From contig MNCI01000651.1 in NCBI GenBank assembly GCA_015680685.1, positions 124,001-188,000 on the forward strand: a DNA stretch of 64,000 nucleotides. Direction: 5' to 3'. Positions 53,701 to 64,000 of this stretch are shown here, piece by piece (within the stretch, counting starts at the first letter, position 1; each line of letters opens with the position of its first letter). This DNA is from Gnetum montanum. Taxonomy: Eukaryota > Plantae > Gnetophyta. The translations under genes and the position numbers were made by a program. The notes under the pieces are model-generated. The model was not told where the DNA came from and made no database searches. It worked only from the letters and a program-made list of their open reading frames with translations.

Positions 53701-54580
53701 TTGAGCCTTTATGATCTTCTTATGACATCCCAAAAGCACCGTGAGGCTATGGTTCGTATGCTGACATCCATACCAATGGATGAAAGCTTACCAGCAGAAG
53801 AGGAAGCGATACATGCTTTCATGCTTCCTCCTACCGCTGAGTAACCTAAACCAACCCCTCTGACCTTTCATGATAAATTCATCAAAGATGATCTAGAGAA
53901 AGGTCAAGTAACGAAAGAACCCATGTTTATCACCATCTGGGTCGGTCAATATCAGATCCGGAGGTTGCATGTTGACGATGGCGTGGCTACAAATGTCATC
54001 CCTTATCCTATAGTGGATAAGTTGGGCCTGGTCGACTAGATCAGTCCTACAACAACATCGTGCCTAAAGTTGTTCAACGGGGTGTGGGTGCAAGTCAAGG
54101 GGATGGTGCGTATCAAATTTGTGGTAGGGGATCAATTCCCAATAGACGCCACATTTCTCGTTGTCGAGGAGATGCCTAGTTTCAACCTGATCCTGGGGAG
54201 GTCCTGGCTAGCCCAACTTAGGGCAGTTTCATTACCAATACATCAAGAGATTCACCTCCCTTACATAGGGGGAGAAGTTGTAATACATGGTGATGAAATA
54301 ACTCCTAGGAGTATCAACAACATAGAGGAGGAACGGGGTTTGGAGATCGAGATGCCCGAAGGTCAAACTCACGTCCGAACTCCCAAACAAACTGAAATGA
54401 ATGATGACAACCTAGCCTGGGCCAACCTACCATTTCAAGAAGATGGTATGGAGGAGTCAGATCACAAATCTCCCTGCCCTTACGCATCACTAAACGTAAA
54501 AGATAGGTACATGACGGGCCACGATGGCCCTAAACTAGCAAATCCAAACAACTCTGATTACGCTTTGCACAAATAAAGAT
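50747..54580 (+). pseudogene. gag: gag-protease of element V (exon 1 of gag-pol)
   Basis: ATG 50747; P/Q-rich N-terminus; FTKYNGKGDPNAHL..SLVGKALD; YHQLCGHDTDYCWALKDDIQ (Ogre/Tat knuckle); RRLHVDDGVATNVIP..FNLILGRSWL. Has several stops. Confidence 0.9.
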
Positions 54581-54694
54581 ATAAGACTAAAAAAAATAAC
54601 ATTTAAAAGCATACAGAAAATCTTATGATTAATCTCGCCAACATTCATATGGCAATTGTTTAGTTTCATCAATGAAATTATGCATAAATCACAA

Positions 54695-57600
54695 TTACGC
54701 ATCCCCCCTGGTACCACTATCACCAGTATCCCTTAGGTCTACCTCTAAGCTTAATAAATCATGCTCAAGTGGGCCATCCCTTCTAGAAGGTATTCCTTCA
54801 TGAGGAATATCATCTTCACGAGGTCCTTGCTCTAACGCTGGCTCCTCAAGAGGACAGTCTGTGTCATTACGCTCTTCTTCTTGTACTTGCTCACCATCCT
54901 GTTCGCCTTCTTCATCCACTCCTTGTACCTATATATAGTAAATACATCAGTAAAAGCCATGATAGGATAGATCAGAAAATCTGAATTCAATAACACTCAA
55001 ATTTACTCGTGATGGTCCTCCCTTCTGTAGCAAAAGGAAGCTGATCTAAACTGATCCATAGGTGCTACATAATTTCATCTTCAGTTAATTCATACCATAC
55101 ACCATTCCCCAGATCAGTTCCAGCCTTCACCTTCCTTTCTCCATACTAGTCCATCGGGGTGGTTCAGGGAAGAAGGTAGGGACTGTAGTCTTGCCACCAG
55201 GAAGAGCAATCTCTCATTCTTGGGACGCACTTACTATCACCTACTCCTGGAACTTCTCGAAGGCTTTGGATGCACCAATGACATCGAGGAATACCCACAA
55301 GGATTGAGCTTTGACGTTAGAATCTCTATAATGCTAACGATAAGCAAGACTTTCTCGCTTATACAGATGCTTGTGATCTTTTTCCTTCCGCTCCCACTCT
55401 TGCATACTTTAGCAAAAATCCTTCCAGTCTTGGCTTTTCTGGGCCAACAGCTCTATTTGCATCCTCTGCTCCACCAATTCATGACTGGTTTGCACGCTGC
55501 TCCTAACTACGGTCCAATAGCGAGCATAGTCAATAACAGCCATACGCTAGTCCTCTTCACTTGTCCCCCATGCCTGCAAGAATTCACACAATGATCTTAG
55601 GTCTTCAACCTCTTTAGTTAGAGACACCCTTTCCTTCTCTGACCTCTGCAGTCTCTTCTAGAGGTCTTTATTGACATTTTGACTTTCCCATAAGGAGCGA
55701 GTCGAGCGTAACGCACATTTACGCATTTCCTCATAAATGTTGCATGGCACGACCACCCCGTCTGATGAAGGCTCCATTGTGTCCAAGTCAATGGGCTCCG
55801 TAGGATCCCATCAAAGGCAAGCTCCTGATAACAAACATTGTCAAGCGTAAATAAAATATTACAACTGTATAGTAAAATAAGCATAGAATAGCAGTAACAT
55901 ACCAGCCCTAGGATTAACATGCTCGAGGCGCTTGATCATATCGTTGACAATGCCTTCCATGAAGGAAAACTTATCAGGAAATTCTCCCCACGCTCTGCTT
56001 ACAATGGCAGACATGGATGCATCTTGTTCATCTGTAGCGTAATCAAGTTAAAATTTCTATTTATTAACAAAATTCCTACAAAATTCTTAATGCAATGACC
56101 TTTGCCTGATGTGGTGGGGGTGCGTCAATATTTTTCACCTCCTCTCTCTCCTCATGCACAAGGGTTTGTGCATCACTGATTCTAACAGCCATGGCCTCCT
56201 CTTCCAAAACTAGGGACCCTTCTCCATGCCATAATACCACTGCCCCTATTTCAGGGGTTAACCACTCCGTAAGTCTCACTGTTCATGTCACATAACACAT
56301 CTAAGCAGTTCAGAATACCCTAAATAAAGTTGCGTAACATGATAATTGCCATGACTTTCACTACGCCTTTATGCTTACCAGGTGGAGGTTTACTCTGCTG
56401 AACTCTGACTTGCATAGTTCTTTCTGTGCCATCCGCTGGTTCTGCAGGCACCTCAGTTAAGCGAGGCCTTTTTCACTGAACCGAGACATCCACTATCTCT
56501 GTCACTAGGTGCTTTCACCGCAACACGTCACCAGTGTAAGTGGGAATCACCCCACTTACACTGTTAAGGCCCCGCACTCGAGGCACCGCCAAATCCCTTA
56601 TCGTTATAGACTGAGACTCCCCAATTCCCTCCAGAGGATCCTATCCTCGAGTAGTGCCGAAAATATGGGAAATCCAAGGTTTGGATAGCTGGTCTCGGTC
56701 TTGCTGCACCCAAACCCCATTCCTCTGGACAACCAAAAATTCGGAAAAACACTAGAGGCAAGCTATGAAGAAGGTGAAGTGCACACTGAAACGAGATTCA
56801 AGCTTCTAACGGAGCCTAATCATTTCAGTGTGTAACCCCTCAACGAAATAGCTTGCCCAGTCAAACTAGGTTCCTTCCTCCATAACCTCCTGCATGATGC
56901 GGGCCTGTTCTATGGTAAATAACCTTCCTTGCGAGAGTGTTTTGGGGAAAGCCCGGGCCTGGAAGAGGGGATAGATAGTCTTGGTGATTTCTAATTCATT
57001 CTTTTCACAAGGGATCCCCTTGGTCTCCTTCTTGGTCCCCAGCCACTCCTCCAGCTCTTCCTGACATTTGAGGCTCCTCCTCACTCTTTCCTCTATGGGA
57101 AGACCGTTAGAGGGGACACTGAAGAGATCAGTAAACAGCTAAGCGTCAATATTAAAATTCACACGCATGTGATGCATGCACGTGCAAAAACGCTCAGCCC
57201 TCTCGTTGAAGGAGTTGACCAGGGTTAACATTTCGCTAGCCGGAACATCAGGAGTTATGGCCAGAAATAAATGCATTAGCCTCGCTTCCCGTATCTTGGT
57301 GACCAATGCAATTGGGTCTGCTGCGTGGCCGAGCCAGCGTTGTGCTTCCTTAATGTCGCCATAGAGGAAAAGGAGGGTATTTGCCTCACGGCTGGAAATT
57401 GTAAGGGTAATCTCCCGGGATTCCCTGACTGAACAACACAAGACACATGTCTAAGTATCAAAAATACTATTACACTACATTTCAAAAATGGACCAAAAAC
57501 AATATAATATCATGTAAATAACAGTAGCAACAAAACATTACTAGGGCCAAATGGCAAAGGAAATGGAGGAAGTTTCCTCTGCATGTCCACGACGGTAAGG

Positions 57601-58766
57601 GGTGGGTCCAAAGTCCATTCTTCATGTAACCACCCAAGGCTCTGAAAATTCTTGAAAGAATCAGCATAACGGGTGGGATACTCATGGATGTCAAAGGACA
57701 TCTGCCCCATTACACCAGCGCGTACGTTGCTGGTGGAGGTAAACTCCTTTATCGCTGTTTCAGTCCAGGTCAATGTATCATCATTGCCTACTAATCCTTT
57801 TTTGTTAATAAAAAACCTATATCATATGACACATTATTATCTTATGCTTCGTAAATCTAGGCATTAGAAACATATTGACAATACCCCCAGTAAAACAACT
57901 TACCCACCCAAATAATACACTGTGCCTGGTGGGTTCTGAAAGTAAGTCGAGACATGGCGGCCCACAAACAAGGTATTGTACGCATGGTAACAGCTAAACC
58001 TGGCCATTTCCCAAATCCAACTTAAGTGCCTCAGCCCTCTGGCTCTAAGTTCACGGTCTTGGGGACGACCAGTATCGATGGCCCCGTCTATCAAGAAAGC
58101 CATGATTCCCTACGTAGAACCCACTAACAAGTGCTTCAAAATAGCGCCAGCCACATCCCCCGATAGATGCGACCACACAATAACACTATAGTTATGTAGC
58201 AAAAATTGCAAAAGCTCCAGCGCATCCTTTCGGAACCATATAGCCCTCCCCTGCAACCAAGTTTAAGGGGGAGGAACGTTAGGTATGATTGGGTTTATAC
58301 AACATAAAAACCCGACTATGTCCAGGATGATTAAGATGGGTTTCAACATAATACTGTACAAAAAACATAAAAAAATTATTGTCTAGATTCCGATTCCATG
58401 CTTAAACTATAGAAAATTTACAAATTATGCTCTAGCTATACAGCTGAAATCACCTAAACCCTTGTAACAGTATAAGGTTTGTCCCTGACAGCGGCAATAG
58501 ATGCAATACTATTGTATAAACCCTTGTTTTAATGTGAGGTCCATGGCCTAAGACTCTAATTTATGCAGAATGACACAAAAAGAATAAACACTGCAAAGAA
58601 AAAGGCACATCACAGAAAGCAACACAAATAAGCTAGGGATGGCCTACCGATTTAGTGGAGTGACATCCCTCACTTCAACCAAAGCCTGCGAAGCACACTA
58701 CAGGCTCCCTTGTACTTCATCTATCTTGGCCAATTTCACATTCCTCCCTCTTACTTTCGGTGCCAT
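54695..58766 (-). pseudogene. Antisense 9-exon accessory gene in the PR/RT intron: FCP1/NIF-like + PMD-like + coiled-coil + acidic tail (~1075 aa)
   Basis: Exons 58766-58648, 58547-58454, 58250-57904, 57801-57542, 57428-56379, 56278-56100, 56031-55903, 55824-55007, 54928-54695. Introns are 68-203 nt, T-rich and GT-AG, with one acceptor decayed to CAA. 7 of 8 junctions keep the frame. Start context acaATGGC (MAPKVRGR). Internal stops are TAG/TGA/TAA, consistent with CAG/CGA/CAA deamination. Confidence 0.8.
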
Positions 58767-59300
58767 TGTTGCAATCCTAACACTCTCACACCTTTACGCC
58801 TTTGCAAACAACACGTTGCAATCTTTTGCTCTTCCTCCTTCTCTTTGTGACAGCTGAGAATTCAAGTTTGTGATAGCCAACAACTTGTTTTCAAAAAGAA
58901 CTACCTACTTATATGAAAAATTAACCAACTTGACGCCCGATTTCAGCGAGACTTGCCCAAATGCTGGTGTTAGTATGAGCTAGAAACCAAAAATCAAGCC
59001 ATTAATTGTGACAGATATCGCATGCGTTACGGTCCTGAAACGACCTTAAACTATTGCTTCTTATCTCCTCGTAATCAGGTCGCATTAATTACAAGTTGTT
59101 CATGATGTTCAAAATTCAATTAGCTTCTCACGCTCAGAGACGTCACATCACATCCTTTTTCTTTTGGACTAAACCAAGCATTATTCGTTAAATACTTATA
59201 TAATCCAACTTAGCACCTTTCTAATTACTTTTATATTTGACAATTTTGCAAGACAATTGACAAATGGACGAAACTTTATCTTTGCCCCTAGCTTTAACAG

Positions 59301-62300
59301 GTCCATACGGGAGAGTAGTTAGACAATTCGATTTTACACTAGTAGAAACTAACCCTTTCCTCAATGACGTAACCATAGCCACGTTGGAAACATCTCTAGA
59401 ATGGCCAGAACAATTGATGCACACGCTAGACCTAGAGGTTGGAGACATAACCGAAGACCCCCTCAGTGAGGTTTCAGTCGTTACGCATAAAGGTGAGTCC
59501 AGAACTCTTAAGGTTAGTTCTCTACTAGACCAGAAAATGCATGATGCTATAAAATAGGTCCTCTAGGACAACGTCATAGTATTTGCATGGTCATACAAAG
59601 ACATGTTGGGACTAGACCCAAGGTTAATTCAACATAACATAATCTTAGACCCGCATATCAAAGCGATTAAGCAAAAAACACAAAAAATCAAACCAGAGAT
59701 CGCGCTAGCAGTGCGTGATGAGATCACCAAACTATATCAGGATGGTTTCATCTGTGCGGTCGATTACTCAGATTGGGTATCTAACATTGTAGTTTTCCTA
59801 AAGAAGACCGGAAGCATACGCATCTGTATAGACTTCCGAGACTTAAACAAAGCCACAATCAAGGACAACTTTCCACTACCGAGTATCGACCAGCTAGTCG
59901 ATACAACAGCTGGGCATGCACTTCTATCCTTCATGGATGGCTTTTCAGGCTATAATCAGATTCGCATCAACCTAGAACATCAATTGACCACAACATTCAT
60001 GACGCCCTGGGACACCTTTTGCTATACCATGATGCCTTTTGGCTTGAAAAAAGCCGAAGCGACATATCAACGGGCCATGACATACATCTTTAGTGATTAT
60101 CTCCTAGGAAGACTGAATGATTATGTTGATGATATAGCTATTAAGTCTATGAAATCAAAAGATCATTCAGAGGACCTAGATTTAGTACCTAAAAGATGCT
60201 CCAAATACGACCTCCAGCTCAACCCAAAGAAGTGCATATTTGGAGTCAAAACCGGATGCATGCTACGGTTTGTGGTGTCAGAAACCGGCATACGAGTAGA
60301 CCCTGATAAGGTCAAAGCCATTGTCGAGTTAATGCCTCCCACAGATCTCAAGCAATTATGCGGGTTACAAGGATGATTACAGTTTATCAGGTGGTTCATC
60401 TCGAGATTAACAGATAAACTACATCCTATGCAGCATCTCCTTAAGAAAGGTGTTAATTTCAAGTGGACAGATGATTGCTAGCATACGTTTGACAGCCTAA
60501 AACAGGAACTTCAATGCTTGCCAATGGTATTCCCGCCACTAAGGGATCAGCCGTTCTACATCTACCTTGCGACCTCAGACGTAGCCTTAGCCGCATTACT
60601 CTGTCAAAAGAGAAGCGATGGGTCAGAAGTACCCATCTACTACTTGAGTCATTCCCTATGTGCGTATGAAATAAGGTACAACGAAGTAGAGCGTAATTGC
60701 CTAGCATTAGTGTTTACGCTAAATAAATGTAGGCACTATCTCTTCTGAAGCACGGTCAACATTATCTGTAAAAATAACATCCTTAGGATCATTATGCATA
60801 ATCTATACAAAAGTAGTAAAATAGCTCGTTGGAAAGCTATCATGGAAGAATTCGATCTACATTACATTGGTCAATCTTCTATGAAAGGCCAACTGATAGC
60901 TGACCAATTAATAACATCACCTATTGACAGTCAGTAAACCATAGAGCCTAAATTTCCAAATGAACATGTACCCTTTCCCTGTACGAACAATGTGGCAGAG
61001 TACGAGGGACTCCTCAAGGGATTATTAATAGCTAAAGAGCTTGATATCTGACACCTAGCAATTAGGGGCGATTCGATGCTTGTTATAAATCAAATCATAG
61101 GAGTCTACGCCTGTAAGGCTGCACATTTACAGTCCTACTACGATATGACTAAAGATCTCCTGAAGCGGTTCACGATCATCTATGCCCAACATGTGCCACG
61201 AAATGATAACACATCGGCCGATGAACTGGCTACATTAGCCTTAAACGTGTCATCACACCTATTCGACACCTGTCCCACACTAATAATAGATTGTACTAGT
61301 CCTATCATTCAAGCAGCTCAAATATCTTCACTGCTCGAGGAAGACACGCCAGAGTGGTACGACAACATTAAGACTTACCTCTTCCATGGCGAACTGCCAC
61401 ATGAGTTAACGCGAACATAGAAAGATGCTACTCGCAAGCGAGCTAGGTAGTACATCATCATAGGAGATAGCACCCTTTGTAGATGCTCTTTTGATAGAGT
61501 ACTACTTACTTGTGTTAACAAAGACCAGGCACAATGCATAGTAGGCGAGGCTCACAAGGGATTATGTGGAGGACATGTAGCACCACGAGCTATGGCCTCT
61601 AAAATCCATCGCTTAGGGTATTATTGGTTGTACATGGAAAAATATTGTCTTACAAAAGTCAAAACATGCAACACGTGTTAACGTTATGTGAACCTTATAC
61701 ACGTGTCGCCTATAGAATTACATACGACCCAGATCACATGGCCCTTCCAACGATGGGGACTAGACATCATAGGGCCTATCATACCGAAATCTTCCATAGG
61801 TCATAGCTTCATAATCACCGCCACCGAGTACTTCACGATGTGGGTGGAAGCTATCCCTTTGCGAAAGATCACGTCGCAACAGATCTATCATTTCATTCTA
61901 GACAACATTGTAACCAAATTCGGTCTCCCGATGACTATCGTGACCGACAATGTGCCATAGTCTAGCAGTCTGGAAACAAAATCCTTTTGTGATAGCCTCG
62001 GTATTAAATAATCTTTTTTCTCGCCCTATTACCTGCAAGCGAATGGTCAAGCTGAAGTGACAAACAAGGTCATTATCAACTTACTCAAGAAAATGCTCGA
62101 CAACAACAAGAAACGGTGACATGAAAAGATCCTCTATGTGCTATGGGCGTATCGTACCACATGCAGAATAGCTACGAACAGTACACCCTATAGCCTAGTC
62201 TATGGATTTGAGGCGGTGCTGCCCCTTGAACTACAGGTTCCTTCTCTGCGAATGGTATTCTCCACAATTATAAATGAGGCTCAACACACGGAGTCTCGGA

Positions 62301-62596
62301 TCATGGATTTGGATTTAGTCGAGGAGAAGTGAATACAGATGCTTGATACCATCAAAAAGTATCAAGATAAGCAAAAGCAGAAGCATCATCATAACCTTCA
62401 ACAATGTCCTATCAAGAAGGGAGATTTAGTTCTCAAGGCCATTCGCGAACTCGTAGGAAAGTTCTCTGCAAACTGGGAAGGCCCTTTCTTGGTAGCTAAT
62501 GTGTATGGCAACGGTGCATTCAAGCTAGCAGATATCAACAACAACAAGTTACTGAATCCTGTGAATCATATATATCTAAAGCGGTACTACATTTAG
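59301..62596 (+). pseudogene. pol: pol (RT-RH-aRH-INT) of element V
   Basis: RICIDFRDLNKA, LSFMDGFSGYNQI, MPFGLK, YVDDI, PIYYLSH, TNNVAEYE, HKGLCGGH, WGLDIIGP, ANGQAE, LWAYRTT, KFSANWEGPF; a few stops and one deletion. Confidence 0.95.
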
Positions 62597-62609
62597 TTGC
62601 ATATCTAGT

Positions 62610-63200
62610 GTTAACATCAGGCATGGCAACCATCATCTACTATGACGCTAAACTGGCAACAATCGTTCGCTACGACATTAAACTGGCACTCTTCTCACGC
62701 GTCCGCCACGATGCTAAACTGGTACTAATTGTCTACTACGATGTAAAACTGGCACTACTTGCATGCATCCGCCATGATGCTAAACTAGCAAAAATCATCT
62801 GCCACAACGTTAAACTAGCTAGTTGTAACTGTCTGCTACGACGTAAAAATGGTAGTGTTGTACAGGTCTGCCAAGAAGTAAAACTGGAATTTTCCGCACG
62901 TGTCCGCGAAGATGATAAACTGGTGCTGGTTGTCTGCCAGGACATAAAACTGGCATAGGTAAGTAGCTATCTGCTGAGACATGAAACTAGCACAGATTTG
63001 TCCCTGGGCCACGACATGAAACTGGCATCCATAGCATGGTCTGTTGAGACCATAAATCAGCTCTACCACCATCCGCTACGATGTAAAACTAGCATTTTTC
63101 AGTCTGCCCAGATTTTAAACTGGGACCATGGTCTGCTGAGACTTAAAACCAGTAACGACAATCTACTAGGACATAAAACTAGGACTTGCAGGCTGCCATC
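62610..63200 (+). repeat. 3'-UTR tandem repeat of V (~30-33-bp unit ..cgacgttaaactggca..)
   Basis: Many taaactggc/taaactagc units at 30-33-bp spacing; 3' tandem arrays are typical of Ogre/Tat elements. Confidence 0.9.
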
Positions 63201-63244
63201 ATGCAAATCAAGCGAGCGTAATCGTCTCCGTGTGGCTGCAAAAA

Positions 63245-63890
63245 AAATGGGGTGGGATGTTGGGACAGTCCCAGTATCACTACCTCATAGGCATTCTGCT
63301 GATTCCTCAGATGTGCTGAAAGGCATACTACTGACCCCTCGGAGATGCTGTCACTACACCCACTATAGCAGTGGCACTTCTGAGAGGTTAGTTTCACTGT
63401 CCAGAGCCCCAAAGGAGTTCTCATCAACTTCGACCTTGGGGATATCTGCTCATCATCACTATCAGACTCTCGCTTCACAGATTCACCTAGCTGGTTCTTG
63501 GTTTAACCAGTTGGGTGCGATGAGTCTGATAATCTTTGACGACGATATGCTGGGCCAAGCGTCAACGGTGAAGACCCTGGCCTCGTGCTACTATTCTTCC
63601 TTCATGGCCCACTCACTCTGTGTCGCCCCAAATGGTACTTGTTTCAACAACCTCTCTAGCGATTCGACCGAGCAATTGTGCCCTCTATATTCTTCTTTGA
63701 TTGCAAGTTACTTGTTGCAAGGATGTCGTTCAAAGGTGCGTTCATCTGATCGGTGAAATACAAACAGCGTTTTGAGATGGTCTCCTAGGTTAGCCTGTCC
63801 ACTCAGGAGTGCATCCCTGTTTTCCTCATAATCCTACCTCTAGGTCTTACTTCCCTACATCTTCATCATCTGCTTCCCTTATGCAAAACG
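63245..63890 (-). pseudogene. Possible second antisense ORF in the 3' region of V
   Basis: One minus frame reads READDEDVGK*DLER*DYEENRDALLSG..EEYRGHNCSVESLERLLKQ..PKVEVDENSFG, with stops all explainable by C->T. Confidence 0.45.
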
Positions 63891-64000
63891 TACATACGCA
63901 GCATATGCTTTCTACATTTGCATTACAATCAAGTCCATGCACCCGGCGTAACGCAACAAGCCTATTGGATGCAAAAAAAAAATGGGTTGGCAAAATGGAT

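Larger units (their letters stand above)
48934..64000 (+). mobile_element. Youngest Tat/Ogre-like Ty3/gypsy element V (3' LTR beyond window)
   Basis: LTR 48934-50491 starts tgaaacacc like W. PBS, gag-PR, intron with antisense gene, RT-RH-aRH-INT and 3' tandem repeats follow. CpG-rich compared with the flanks. Confidence 0.9.

Noticed and set aside
55220-55920. ORFs 55220-55594(+) and 55618-55920(-) as separate genes
   Set aside because: Wrong strand or frame relative to exon 8 of the spliced antisense gene.
54695-58766. Interpretation as an ordinary host gene
   Set aside because: It sits exactly between PR and RT of one element, shares its decay pattern, and has a chimeric TE-type domain layout.
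62610-63200. CRISPR-like repeat/spacer appearance (also 14590-14910)
   Set aside because: Degenerate tandem units with mutually similar 'spacers', in a plant retrotransposon 3' UTR, with no cas genes.
62608-63756. Plus-strand ORFs of 116 and 252 aa after integrase
   Set aside because: The first is tandem-repeat translation; the second has no motif and is likely the shadow of a minus-strand frame.

Overview
Plant heterochromatin-like window made entirely of nested, mostly decayed LTR retrotransposons; no host gene found. It holds at least five copies of one Ty3/gypsy Tat-clade (Ogre-like) family with a tRNA-Asn PBS and RT-RH-aRH-INT order. Copy Z is on + (LTR 1-920, gag ~8.3-10.0 kb, pol 35.3-37.9 kb), X on - (13.3-21.2 kb, gag-PR only), Y on - (21.2-26.1 kb), W on - (37.9-~48.9 kb), and V on + (48,934 to window end, the youngest and CpG-rich). 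Also present are a complete gag-PR-only Athila-type element with TSD (1237-8322), a second truncated Athila-type element (10.0-13.3 kb) and a pol-less Sirevirus (copia) with gag, env-like ORF and TSD (27370-33955). The main finding is in V. Its ~4.7-kb protease/RT intron contains an antisense 9-exon gene (58766->54695, ~1075 codons, broken mostly by C->T stops) that the ORF track only shows as fragments. The hand-translated product has an FCP1/SCP (NIF) CTD-phosphatase-like domain lacking catalytic Asp residues, a PMD-like domain, a coiled-coil region and an acidic tail. Sister copies W and Z carry a hairpin repeat array in the same intron (~185-bp period in W). All domain calls are by-eye motif recognition and need HMM confirmation.
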